Origin: Clostridia bacterium
GTDB lineage: Bacteria > Bacillota > Clostridia > Christensenellales > UBA3700
DNA length: 64,000 nt
Reading direction: 5' to 3'
Assembly: GCA_029060025.1 (NCBI GenBank)
Contig: JAIDUV010000026.1
Coordinates: forward strand, 29,260 to 93,259
The notes beneath the pieces are model-generated. The model was not told the DNA's origin, searched no databases, and worked only from the letters and a program-made list of their open reading frames with translations. Positions 35,481 through 44,204 of the stretch are shown piece after piece. Made by a program: the position numbers and the translations under genes. Each line of letters starts with the position of its first letter. The stretch's first letter is position 1.

Positions 35481-36262
35481 AGAACCACCTCGTCCAACTT
35501 CATTACAGGTCCTTCAATGCACACTCTGACGTAAGTTTCCTCTTCGCCGGCTCTCTTGACTTTGCAGTTGCATACCAGACAAGCGCCTATTCCGCAACCC
35601 ATTCTCGCTTCCAAAGATACGATAATAGGTACGTCAAACGGCTCCATAGCTTTTTTAAGAGCTCTGAACATCGGCTCGGGACCGCAACAAAAAACTACGT
35701 CCGGCTTGATTCTCGCCATATCCTCGGCAAGAATATTCGTCGCAAAACCCTTTTTACCGTAACTGCCGTCGTCTGTAGCCACCGTCAACTCTTTGGATAC
35801 CTTTTTCATCTCTTCTTCGAGTATCACTTTGTCTTTATTGGCAAAACCGAGATAGGTATAGTATTCAAGGTCGGGATACGTCGTGGGAATAGCCGGCAAT
35901 ACCGCGCTACCCATACCTCCGCCCAGCAAGACTACTTTCTTTACATTCTTATCGGGAGCGTATCCGTTGCCAAGCGGTAGCATTACCTGCAACTTTTCGC
36001 CTACGTCATAGCTTGATAAAATCTTCGTGCCTTCGCCGACTACCGCGTAGCACATTGTAATCGTCTTTGCGCTCATGTCGTAGTCGCAAATGCAGAAAGG
36101 TCTGCGCAAAACGTGGCTCTTATCGTTGAGCTTTACGTGCGCGAACTGACCGCCCTTGATTGCGTCGGGCATATCTTCAAATTGCAATATCATCTCATAG
36201 ATATCTTTAGCAATTTGTCTATTGAGCGTAATTACTCCCGTTCTGTCCTTCAAACTTGCCAT
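35477..36262 (-). CDS. pyrK: dihydroorotate dehydrogenase electron-transfer subunit
   Basis: FAD/NAD module plus the C-terminal 2Fe-2S motif MGCGIGACLVCNC..C. Start set to ATG 36262 (MASLKDR..), 13 nt after the pyrF stop, rather than the overlapping track start at 36313. Confidence 0.85.
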   Translation of the reverse strand: MASLKDRTGVITLNRQIAKDIYEMILQFEDMPDAIKGGQFAHVKLNDKSHVLRRPFCICDYDMSAKTITMCYAVVGEGTKILSSYDVGEKLQVMLPLGNGYAPDKNVKKVVLLGGGMGSAVLPAIPTTYPDLEYYTYLGFANKDKVILEEEMKKVSKELTVATDDGSYGKKGFATNILAEDMARIKPDVVFCCGPEPMFRALKKAMEPFDVPIIVSLEARMGCGIGACLVCNCKVKRAGEEETYVRVCIEGPVMKLDEVVL

Positions 36263-36275
36263 TATATTCTCTCTC

Positions 36276-37181
36276 TTATTTGATACATCTTGTAATGTCT
36301 TTTTGCATATCAAGCGTAGCTCTCAAAGACGCTTGCTTGTAATCAAGTCCTCTATATGCGTCTTTTCTGTAAGCGCATAATATACCTCTTGAGGAATTGA
36401 CTATACCGCCGATACCGTTCTCGAAGCATATCGCAAGGTCCTCGGCTTTTCCTCCTTGCGCGCCGTAACCTGGTATAAGGAAGAAAGTATTGGGGTGCGC
36501 TTTGCGAATGAGCTTGGCTTGCTCCATATGCGTTGCGCCTACGACCGCGCCGATACTGCTATAGCCGTACTTACCTACAAGTTCTTTGCCCCAACCGTCA
36601 ACGAGCGTAGCCATATTGTCATACAGCGTCTTACCGTTTTCCATAGTCTTGTCTTGCAATTCTCCGCTTGTTGGATTAGACGTCTTTACAAGTACGAAAG
36701 CGCCCTTGTCGTATTCTTTGCAATCGGCTACGAACGGCAAAATACCGTCGCTTCCCAAATAACCGTTTATCGTAATAAAATCACTCTCAAAAGGCGTAAC
36801 CTTACTGCCGTCCGCCAAGGTAGTTTTACCTATATATCCCTTACTGTACGCGCCTGCCGTAGAACCTATATCGTTACGCTTTATGTCGGCAATGACAATA
36901 AGTCCGTTTTCTCTGGCATACTTCACGGTATCGCGGAAAGCAATCATCCCGTCCACGCCGTACATCTCGTAATAAGCCACTTGAACTTTAACTGCCGGTA
37001 TTACGTCCTTGAGCGTATCTATCAAGTCGAAATTAAACTTGGTTATCTGCTTGCCCGCTTCAGCTAGCGTAACGCACTTCGCCTTCATTTCGTCAGGCAA
37101 ATAATCTATACAGGTATCCAGTCCGATTACGGAAGGATTGTCGGTAAGTTTGATTTTGTCAATAAGTGTGTCGATTATCAT
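36276..37181 (-). CDS. pyrF: orotidine 5'-phosphate decarboxylase (long, type 2)
   Basis: 301 aa. VIGLD.., IADIKRNDIGSTA (catalytic DxKxxD region), IPGYGAQGG. Confidence 0.85.
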   Translation of the reverse strand: MIIDTLIDKIKLTDNPSVIGLDTCIDYLPDEMKAKCVTLAEAGKQITKFNFDLIDTLKDVIPAVKVQVAYYEMYGVDGMIAFRDTVKYARENGLIVIADIKRNDIGSTAGAYSKGYIGKTTLADGSKVTPFESDFITINGYLGSDGILPFVADCKEYDKGAFVLVKTSNPTSGELQDKTMENGKTLYDNMATLVDGWGKELVGKYGYSSIGAVVGATHMEQAKLIRKAHPNTFFLIPGYGAQGGKAEDLAICFENGIGGIVNSSRGILCAYRKDAYRGLDYKQASLRATLDMQKDITRCIK

Positions 37182-37235
37182 TTTATCTCCTTATGGCTTT
37201 AAGCCTCTAATTAATAAGCGTTTCTCTGTGGTAAG

Positions 37236-38498
37236 TTATTTCTCAACTCTATATTTTACTTTTCCCTCTACTACGGTGACGCAAACTTTGCCCTTGACTT
37301 CAAAGCCGTCAAACGGCGTATTCTTACCTTTTGACTTGAAGTTCTTTGCGTCTATCGTATACTTTTTGTCAAGGTCTACGAGAGTAATATCGGCAAGCCC
37401 GCCTACTTGCAGGCTACCGCACTCCAAACCAAGCAATTTCGCAGGCTTTTGGCTCATTAGCTCTACGAGCTTGTCCAAGGTGATTACTCCGCTGTCAACC
37501 AAATAGGTATAGGATAGAGCAAACGCGCTTTCCAGTCCGCTTATACCGTTGGAAGCCATAGAAAAATCTACGTTCTTATCTTCGTAATGGTGCGGAGCAT
37601 GGTCGGTAGCGATTACGTCTATCGTACCGTCGGCAATACCCGCCAATATAGCCTGTCTGTCCTTTTCCGTGCGCAAAGGAGGATTGACTTTTGCATTAGT
37701 ATTGTAGTCGAGTATCAATTCGTCTGTACCTGCGATATAGTGCGGACAGGTTTCGCATGACACCTTTACTCCTCTGGCCTTTGCCTCTCTAATAAGTTGA
37801 ACTCCGCTTGCCGTGCTTACATGGCATATATGCACTTTAGTATTGAGCATTTCAGCAAGAATAATTTCTCTTGCAATCATTATATCTTCGGCGCAAGACG
37901 GAATACCCTTAAGTCCCGCCTTGGTAGCGTTCTCTCCCTCGTTGACAACTCCGTCGTTGATAAGCGACTTTTCTTCGCAGTGCGAACAAAGCAAGAGGTC
38001 GTAGTCCTTAGCGTACTCAAGCGCAAGTCGCATCATTTGCGCAGTCGTAACGGGTTGTCCGTCGTCGCTCATAGCGATAGCGCCGGCTTCTTTCATACTG
38101 CCCATTTCCGCCATAGTTTCGCCTTTCAAGCCGACGGTAATCGCGCCTATTGGATAAACCTTGGCAAGATCTACCTCTTTTGCCCTATCGACGATATACT
38201 TGACTATATATCTATTGTCCGTAACAGGCTTGGTATTGGGCATACAGCATACCGTAGAAAAACCGCCCGCAACGGCAGATAAACTACCGCTTGCTATATC
38301 TTCTTTGTGTTCATAGCCGGGCTCTCTCAAATGCGTATGCATATCAATAAAAGCAGGAAGCGCCGTCAAGCCGTTCGCCTCGATTACCTCGTCAAAGTTG
38401 CCCTTAATATTCTTGCCAATTTGAGAAATTCTATTGTCCTCAATGGCTATGTCGCATTTATCTTTGCCTACACAACAATTCTTGATAAGTAATGACAT
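37236..38498 (-). CDS. pyrC: dihydroorotase
   Basis: FIDMHTHLREPG, ..AMSDDG.., HICHVST.., ATDHAPH. 420 aa. Confidence 0.9.
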   Translation of the reverse strand: MSLLIKNCCVGKDKCDIAIEDNRISQIGKNIKGNFDEVIEANGLTALPAFIDMHTHLREPGYEHKEDIASGSLSAVAGGFSTVCCMPNTKPVTDNRYIVKYIVDRAKEVDLAKVYPIGAITVGLKGETMAEMGSMKEAGAIAMSDDGQPVTTAQMMRLALEYAKDYDLLLCSHCEEKSLINDGVVNEGENATKAGLKGIPSCAEDIMIAREIILAEMLNTKVHICHVSTASGVQLIREAKARGVKVSCETCPHYIAGTDELILDYNTNAKVNPPLRTEKDRQAILAGIADGTIDVIATDHAPHHYEDKNVDFSMASNGISGLESAFALSYTYLVDSGVITLDKLVELMSQKPAKLLGLECGSLQVGGLADITLVDLDKKYTIDAKNFKSKGKNTPFDGFEVKGKVCVTVVEGKVKYRVEK

Positions 38499-38740
38499 AT
38501 ATACTCCTTTGTTTTTCTATCTATTGAAATTTCGACAACTGCTACCGCTTATCTCAAAAGCGAAGATTAGTTGTATTTTTGTCCGTGCGGTGGCAACTTA
38601 AGCCTGCTCGACTGCGGAGATTGGTGCGAATTTCGTCCGCTCAAAGGCGAGATAAAGTCGCCAAGTGTACTAGGCGTACACGTCGACTTCTCGAGTCCTG
38701 CAGTAGGACGGAAGGCGCGCCGATATACGCGGTCGGTATC
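38499..38740. other. GC-rich, hairpin-dense pyrB-pyrC intercistronic spacer; candidate structured (regulatory) RNA
   Basis: No credible ORF. Positions 38581-38740 are 92/160 G+C by my hand count, against visibly AT-rich intergenic DNA elsewhere. Hairpins: 38535-38574 (ACAACT/AGTTGT enclosing CGCTT/AAGCG), 38657-38687 (GTGTAC/GTACAC extended by GTCG/CGAC), 38695-38709 (GTCCT/AGGAC). Confidence 0.4.
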
Positions 38741-39646
38741 TTACTTAGTACAGTATTCCAACAGTGCCATACGGGTGGCCACCCCACTCGTGACCTGCTC
38801 ATCCTTCAGACACATATGAGAATCAAGCACGTCGCAATCCACTTCTATACCTCTATTGGCAGGACCGGGATGCATGACTATTGCGCCTTTGTTGCAAAGA
38901 GCCATTCTCTCCATACTAACTCCGTAGAAACGATTGTATTCTTCAACGCTTGGGAAAAGTCCTTTTTGCTGACGCTCGAGCTGTATGCGCAGACCCATTA
39001 TTACGTCGCTTCCCTCAAAGGCTTCTTTGACGTTTTTGCAGACTTTGCAAGGCTGATTTTCAATACCCTTTGGCATTAGCGTGTTGGGCGCGAACACCTT
39101 GACTTTTGCTCCCATTTTGCTAAGACCTACGATATTGCTTTGCGCGACTCTAGAGTGCTTGACGTCGCCTATTATCGCTACTTCCAAGCCTTTTAGACTG
39201 CCGAAAGTCTTTTGCATCGTATACATATCCAATAACGCTTGCGTGGGGTGAGCGTGCAATCCGTCTCCGCCGTTGATTACGCTAGCCTTTACGTACTTGG
39301 CGATAAGCGCGGGCGCTCCGGCTACCGAGTGGCGTATGACTATTACGTCGGCTTGCATCTTATCGAGCGTAACAGCAGTATCGATAAGGCTTTCGCCCTT
39401 TTTCACGCTTGAACCGCTAGTGGTAATGCCCACCGTCTGCGCCCCAAGATATTTTCCTGCAAGTTCGAATGAACAACGTGTACGCGTTGAATTTTCATAA
39501 AATAGAGTTACCATGCTCTTGCCTTTAAGCAAGTCAAGAGTTTTGCTTTCGCCCGATATGCTCTTCTCCATAAATTTTGCTCTTTGCAAAAGTTGAGATA
39601 TATCCTCGGGACTTACTTGCGCTAACGCTAAAAAATCTCTCTTCAT
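38741..39646 (-). CDS. pyrB: aspartate carbamoyltransferase catalytic subunit
   Basis: FYENSTRTRCSFE (STRTR), HPTQALLD, VMHPGPANRG. 301 aa. Confidence 0.92.
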   Translation of the reverse strand: MKRDFLALAQVSPEDISQLLQRAKFMEKSISGESKTLDLLKGKSMVTLFYENSTRTRCSFELAGKYLGAQTVGITTSGSSVKKGESLIDTAVTLDKMQADVIVIRHSVAGAPALIAKYVKASVINGGDGLHAHPTQALLDMYTMQKTFGSLKGLEVAIIGDVKHSRVAQSNIVGLSKMGAKVKVFAPNTLMPKGIENQPCKVCKNVKEAFEGSDVIMGLRIQLERQQKGLFPSVEEYNRFYGVSMERMALCNKGAIVMHPGPANRGIEVDCDVLDSHMCLKDEQVTSGVATRMALLEYCTK

Positions 39647-39794
39647 TAGAACTCCTTAAACTTATACAAGTATATTCTAGCATATATTAAATAAAAATAA
39701 AAGAAAATAATAAAAGTTTTTATTTTTATTTGACTACTACACTTAGATTAATCAAATAATTCCCTATATGTCTATAGTTAATTCCCAAATCGTT

Positions 39795-39956
39795 ATTTGA
39801 CAAGAAGCGAGATAGGCAAAAAATAAAACGATAGATTTTTTGTCAAGATAGTTTTTGGCGAAAGCCGTCGTACTTTATGTACGTCGACTTGAGTCAAAGG
39901 CTAGATTGGCGAAAAAGATACGTTTTAGATTTGCATAGCCTCACTTCTTGTCAAAC
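39795..39956. repeat. family A fold-back repeat, copy 3 (162 nt)
   Basis: Perfect 12-bp outer stem tttgacaagaag (39796-39807) / cttcttgtcaaa (39944-39955). The interior is collinear with copies 1 and 2 but more diverged. Confidence 0.8.
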
Positions 39957-39965
39957 ACAAAAAAA

Positions 39966-39983
39966 ACACCGCTCAAGCGGTGT
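39966..39983 (-). terminator. Rho-independent terminator of the ferredoxin gene (bidirectional shape)
   Basis: acaccgc-tcaa-gcggtgt, flanked by an A-run (left) and T-run (right). On the minus strand the stem is followed by about 8 U. Confidence 0.8.
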
Positions 39984-39992
39984 TTTTTCTTT

Positions 39993-40163
39993 TTATTCTT
40001 CGGATATTGTCTGTACAGGACATCCCGCTGCGCAAGCGCCACAGCTGATGCAAATATCCGGATCAATGACGTATTTGTCATCGCCCTCTGAAATTGCGCT
40101 CACGGGGCAACCCTCTGCGCATGCTCCGCATTTAATGCAGTCATCACCAATTACGTATGCCAT
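39993..40163 (-). CDS. 2x[4Fe-4S] ferredoxin, 56 aa (not in the ORF track)
   Basis: My translation: MAYVIGDDCIKCGACAEGCPVSAISEGDDKYVIDPDICISCGACAAGCPVQTISEE*. Two CxxCxxCxxxCP motifs. RBS AAAGGAGA. Confidence 0.88.
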   Translation of the reverse strand: MAYVIGDDCIKCGACAEGCPVSAISEGDDKYVIDPDICISCGACAAGCPVQTISEE

Positions 40164-40195
40164 AAAATATCTCCTTTATTTACGTTAGTACCCTT

Positions 40196-40224
40196 ATTTT
40201 AGCACTCTAATTCCCCTTTGTCAA
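40196..40224 (-). promoter_or_regulatory. sigma-A type promoter of the ferredoxin gene
   Basis: Minus strand: TTGACA (40224-40219), a 17-nt spacer, then TAAAAT (40201-40196), about 30 nt upstream of the ATG. Confidence 0.6.
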
Positions 40225-40266
40225 TGTATATTTTATACTATTTTACGACAAGAATAAATAAATAAA

Positions 40267-41151
40267 TCAGTCCTCGAGTTTTTTAAGTTCATTTTCGTCG
40301 ACTTCGTCTTGGGAGTAATTCTTCTTTGCTCCGAACTTAGGCGAGAAGAGTACTTCAAACTCGCCTACTTTGTAGTATTTCTGTTCCATACCGCCGTCAC
40401 GCTCTATCGTAACTTTGATTTTTTCTCTAAGCAAGTCTACTTCGTCAACTCTGCCCTGACCGTCTTCCACCTTTACTGTAGAGCCTACTTTAGGCATACG
40501 CTTATTTGCCTCAACGTAGAACTCATTTTCATATCTAAGACAGCACATCAACTTTCCGCACATACCGCTCACCTTAGTGGGATTAAGAGATAAGTTTTGA
40601 TTTTTTGCCATTTTTACGGTAGCCTTTTCGTAATCGCATCCCGAACAAATACAACAACATTCTCTACCGCACATACCCATAGCTCCGCGGAGTTTTATAT
40701 CGTCGCGCTCGTAGATTTGACGGAGTTCTATTCTCATGTGCATTTTGCCCGCCAAATCTTTTACAAGTTCCCTAAAGTCAACTCTGCCGTCTGCCGTAAA
40801 GCTGAAAATTATCTTTGACCTGTCAAAGGTATATTCCGCGTCTACGAGTTTCATTTTAAGGTCGTGCTTTTCAATAAACTTTTGGCACAGCTTCATCGCG
40901 CCGTCCTTTTTCGCAAGGTTTTCTTTTACTCTTTCTTCGTCCTCGGCGGTAGCTTTGCGTACCACCGGTTTGAGCGGAGCTTTTATCTCCTCATCAGACA
41001 CTTCCTTGTTGGATTGCGTAACTTTCGCATATTCAAGCCCGCGTACCGTTTCTACAATAACGCCGTCGCCTTCTTCAAATTCTATATTAAGCGGGTCGAA
41101 ATAATATTGCTTGCAAGTCGACCCGAATTTTACGCCTACGATCATCGGCAT
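40267..41151 (-). CDS. ricT: PSP1-domain protein (YaaT/RicT family)
   Basis: VGVKFGSTCKQYYFDP..GDGVIVETVRGLEYAKV and the Cys cluster MCGRECCCICSGC..CGKLMCCLRYE. Sits in the conserved tmk-holB-yaaT context. Confidence 0.85.
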   Translation of the reverse strand: MPMIVGVKFGSTCKQYYFDPLNIEFEEGDGVIVETVRGLEYAKVTQSNKEVSDEEIKAPLKPVVRKATAEDEERVKENLAKKDGAMKLCQKFIEKHDLKMKLVDAEYTFDRSKIIFSFTADGRVDFRELVKDLAGKMHMRIELRQIYERDDIKLRGAMGMCGRECCCICSGCDYEKATVKMAKNQNLSLNPTKVSGMCGKLMCCLRYENEFYVEANKRMPKVGSTVKVEDGQGRVDEVDLLREKIKVTIERDGGMEQKYYKVGEFEVLFSPKFGAKKNYSQDEVDENELKKLED

Positions 41152-42095
41152 AGATACTTTACCTCCATCATTTTTATAAACAGATTATCCAGAATATTTT
41201 CATTATTGCAATAGCTCTCGATTTTTTGCTTGGCTTGCGTAATCAAATCGTTGAAATTTACGAGCGTAGCAATATTAAAACTGTCAAGTAGTACGTTGAC
41301 ACGCTCAAAACCCTCGACGTTAACTCCGCTCTTTCGCTTGAGCAAAACTCCGCAAATAAGTTGCATTATATCGAGATACCTTGCAAGTTTCCCGTCTTTT
41401 ATATCAAGGCGCTTTTGCATTTTGAGATTGACTTTAGTCGAGGTAAGTTCTTTGAGTACGAATATCATTTCGCTCATATCTCCAAAGTACTCTTCATCGT
41501 TCAAAAGGTTTTCGCACCTTGACAACGACCCAAGACAGCAGTCTACCGCTTCTTCTACCAAGCTCTTTGGCTTGCCCACATAATTATCGTCAAAAAACTG
41601 TGTCAACTGCCTTTTGGTAAACGGCGCAATCGAAAGTTTTTTACTTCTCGACTTAATAGTATCAAGCACTGCCGACTGTCTTATCACGCCCAGTAAGAAT
41701 ATTACTCCGTCGATAGGTTCTTCCAAACTCTTTAGCAAAAAGTTCTGCACCCTTGCGTCAACCTTGTCTAGAGAGCGAATAATCATAATTTTGACGTCGC
41801 CTACGCTCTTGACGTACACCTTTTCGACAAACTCTCTTATGCCGTCGGCTTTTAGATTCTTCGGTTCGTAAATATCCTCGTGATTTTTATCCTCTACCTT
41901 TTGGCATATCACGCATTTACCGCAACCGCCGTCCTTGCACAAAATTGTTTCACTAAACAAATCTATAAGCATATCGACTGCCAATTCGTCCTCGCCCATT
42001 ATCATATAACAATGGTTGAGTCTGCCTACGCTTATATCGCTTTGCAAGCTCCGATACGCCTTGGTGTCCTTAAGTAGCGATGCGTATCTCAACAT
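41142..42095 (-). CDS. holB: DNA polymerase III subunit delta'
   Basis: 317 aa. RLNHCYMIMGED.., zinc module CKDGGCGKCVICQKV, and its position between tmk and yaaT. Confidence 0.8.
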   Translation of the reverse strand: MLRYASLLKDTKAYRSLQSDISVGRLNHCYMIMGEDELAVDMLIDLFSETILCKDGGCGKCVICQKVEDKNHEDIYEPKNLKADGIREFVEKVYVKSVGDVKIMIIRSLDKVDARVQNFLLKSLEEPIDGVIFLLGVIRQSAVLDTIKSRSKKLSIAPFTKRQLTQFFDDNYVGKPKSLVEEAVDCCLGSLSRCENLLNDEEYFGDMSEMIFVLKELTSTKVNLKMQKRLDIKDGKLARYLDIMQLICGVLLKRKSGVNVEGFERVNVLLDSFNIATLVNFNDLITQAKQKIESYCNNENILDNLFIKMMEVKYLCR

Positions 42096-42718
42096 TATAC
42101 GATACCTCTGTTACGCAAAAGCTCGACTATCTTTGTGTGAGTAGTTATCGCGTCGCCCGAGCAATCCACGCGCGCAATACGGTCAGGATACAACTTACTT
42201 GCTTGCAAATATCCCTCATATACTTTTTGATGAAAATTATCGCCCTCTTGCTCAAGTCTGTCAGCTTCGTCTGCTCCGCCTTTTCTTGCAAATGCCAAAG
42301 CAGGCGAAAGGTCGAGAAATACCGTCAAATCCGGCATAATATCCGAGCATGCCAACTTATTCAATACGTCGATTTTATCAGCGCCAAGTCCTCTCGCAAC
42401 GCCTTGATACGCAAATGTAGAATCTATAAATCTATCGCATACGACGAGTTTCCCTTCAACCAAGGCAGGCTTTATTACTGCCTCGACGAGTTGAGCGCGC
42501 GACGCGCTGTATAGCATTGCTTCGCACATTCCCGTCATACCGACGTTGTCTATATCCAAGATTATATTCCTTATCTTTTCGGAGATTGGATTGCCTCCCG
42601 GCTCGCGTAAAAAAACAGCGTCAACGCCCTGCGACTCGAGAAATCCCCTAATCATTGCAAGTTGCGTCGTCTTTCCTACGCCTTCTCCGCCTTCAAAAGT
42701 TATAAACTTTCCTTTCAT
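42095..42718 (-). CDS. tmk: dTMP (thymidylate) kinase
   Basis: MKGKFITFEGGEGVGKTTQ P-loop, DRFIDSTFAYQG. 207 aa. Confidence 0.92.
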   Translation of the reverse strand: MKGKFITFEGGEGVGKTTQLAMIRGFLESQGVDAVFLREPGGNPISEKIRNIILDIDNVGMTGMCEAMLYSASRAQLVEAVIKPALVEGKLVVCDRFIDSTFAYQGVARGLGADKIDVLNKLACSDIMPDLTVFLDLSPALAFARKGGADEADRLEQEGDNFHQKVYEGYLQASKLYPDRIARVDCSGDAITTHTKIVELLRNRGIV

Positions 42719-42754
42719 TCTCTACACTTTTCTCCGCTTGTATTCCGTACACGT

Positions 42755-44029
42755 TTATTTTAACACAGCTATACGACCGCTAGCAAGTCCAAATAGCCGA
42801 CTTGAATATTTTTTTATAAAATCTACTGCCTTTTGGTTTATTACGTCACCTTTTTTAATTATGGGAACTCCGGGGGGATATATACCCACCTCTAAGGCGC
42901 ACGTTTTGCCAAGCGCGTCTTCAACATTGACGAGTTTTACTTCTCCGTCTTTTTGCTCGTTGAGCATACCAAAATCAACTTCAATTTCGCTCTCTAACTT
43001 TTCAAGCGGTATTTCACCCAAAGCATCGGCAAGCAAATTCAATTTATCGCAATTAAAGGGCGTAACGATAAATACCAGTAAATCTCCGTATGCCATTTCG
43101 GCAAAAATACCTTGAGTAACAAGTCTGTCCGACGCCTTATTGCAATCTGCGCCGTCTATCTTAACTACCAGCCTTGTAAAATCGTCGGTATCGACGACCT
43201 TGCCAACTTTAAGTTCTCTCTTAAACTCTTCAATTTGCCTCTTGACTTTTGCGTACTCCTCTTCGCCGTGATTTTTCATATAATCATCGGCAAAGTCCAT
43301 GCTTGCCATAACTAGATAGTTGGGCGAAGTGGAATGAATATCCGCTCGCAATAATCTGCACTCTTGATACACTTCCTCGCCGTTGGTCAAAAGTATAGCT
43401 CCGCCTCCGTATACGGGCAAGGTCTTATGCATGCTCACAAGCGATACATCCGCGAATTTGCTCGCGTTGTCGGGAAGTAAAGACGAATAAGGAAAATGCG
43501 CCGAATGCGCTTCGTCCACAATGAGTAACGCGCCTGCTCTCAACGCAAACGCTTTGATTTCTTTTAGGGAAAACGCTTTACCGAAGTAGTTGGGCGAAGT
43601 GACGAATATGCAGGATATTCTTTCTTGTCCGCTCAACTTCTGCGCGTCGGCTATGTCTTTGCAACAGCGTATCTTTGTTCCTAAAATTCTTGAGGAAGAA
43701 TAAAAAGACTTGTGCATATCGCCTATAGCAATCGCCACGCCGTTACGCAACTTGGCTAAAGCCATGGCGATTTGCATACCGCAAGTCGAACCGCTCGTAA
43801 GCATAAGCGCGTTTTGATAGCCGTAACGGCGCGCAAGTTTTTTTTCGCAAAACGCAATTACGTCCTCGCTGTGCAGAAGATTGTCAAGTCCCTGTACTTC
43901 CGTCCAATCAAATTGCGCGGATGAATACAAACCGCCAAGACTAGCCTGTCCATTATGCGACGGCATACAAAATCTTGCTTTGACGTTGTCGTTGTATTCT
44001 TTTATTTTGTCATACAATTCTCTTGACAT
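42755..44029 (-). CDS. Orn/Lys/Arg decarboxylase-family PLP enzyme (YaaO-like)
   Basis: 424 aa. SGSTCGMQIAM.., VDEAHSAHF.., SMHKTLP (PLP lysine). Upstream of tmk, as for B. subtilis yaaO. Confidence 0.75.
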   Translation of the reverse strand: MSRELYDKIKEYNDNVKARFCMPSHNGQASLGGLYSSAQFDWTEVQGLDNLLHSEDVIAFCEKKLARRYGYQNALMLTSGSTCGMQIAMALAKLRNGVAIAIGDMHKSFYSSSRILGTKIRCCKDIADAQKLSGQERISCIFVTSPNYFGKAFSLKEIKAFALRAGALLIVDEAHSAHFPYSSLLPDNASKFADVSLVSMHKTLPVYGGGAILLTNGEEVYQECRLLRADIHSTSPNYLVMASMDFADDYMKNHGEEEYAKVKRQIEEFKRELKVGKVVDTDDFTRLVVKIDGADCNKASDRLVTQGIFAEMAYGDLLVFIVTPFNCDKLNLLADALGEIPLEKLESEIEVDFGMLNEQKDGEVKLVNVEDALGKTCALEVGIYPPGVPIIKKGDVINQKAVDFIKKYSSRLFGLASGRIAVLK

Positions 44030-44071
44030 AATTATTCCTTATTTCGTTTATTACTAATTTCGTACCCTAGT

Positions 44072-44144
44072 GAGATTTCTCTGCTACAGTCGTAAAGACA
44101 TCAAATCGTCACCTGGAGCGAAACGCAGTAAAGTCGAAAGGTCT
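44072..44144. repeat. family B short hairpin modules (two)
   Basis: gagatttctctgctacagtcgtaaagaca (44072-44100) and gtcacctggagcgaaacgcagtaaagtcgaaaggtct (44108-44144). These are the same two module types as at 20620-20687, in the opposite order. Confidence 0.55.
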
Positions 44145-44162
44145 ATACCGCTTTAATAAAAA

Positions 44163-44181
44163 GGCGACCTTTAAGGTCGCC
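44163..44181 (-). terminator. Rho-independent terminator of greA
   Basis: ggcgacc-tttaa-ggtcgcc. On the minus strand it is followed by TTTTTT, 24 nt after the greA stop. Confidence 0.85.
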
Positions 44182-44204
44182 CTTGTTTTGCGCTACTGCT
44201 ATTA

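Noticed and set aside
38499-38740. pyrB-pyrC spacer as SRP RNA, a PyrR attenuator, a T-box or a pyrI remnant
   Set aside because: A GGACGGAAGG segment on the plus strand recalls the SRP GGAA tetraloop, but the closing helix does not fit and there is no room for the 3' half before pyrB. There is no UCCAGAGAGG PyrR loop and no T-box sequence. Translations show no PyrI-like zinc domain, and 242 nt is too short.
38549-38743. Open reading frame continuing in frame past the pyrB TAA (about 64 sense codons, DTDRVYRRAFRPTAG..)
   Set aside because: There is no start codon or RBS and no recognisable protein features. A stop-free frame is expected by chance in a GC-rich stretch. Stop-codon read-through is unsupported.
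38571-39079. Plus-strand track ORFs 38571-38819 and 38579-39079
   Set aside because: They are antisense to pyrB and the structured spacer, and the translations are Arg-rich junk.
39877-40188. 103-aa plus-strand ORF
   Set aside because: It is the antisense frame of the 56-aa ferredoxin gene plus family A repeat sequence. The ferredoxin has a promoter, RBS, motifs and terminator.
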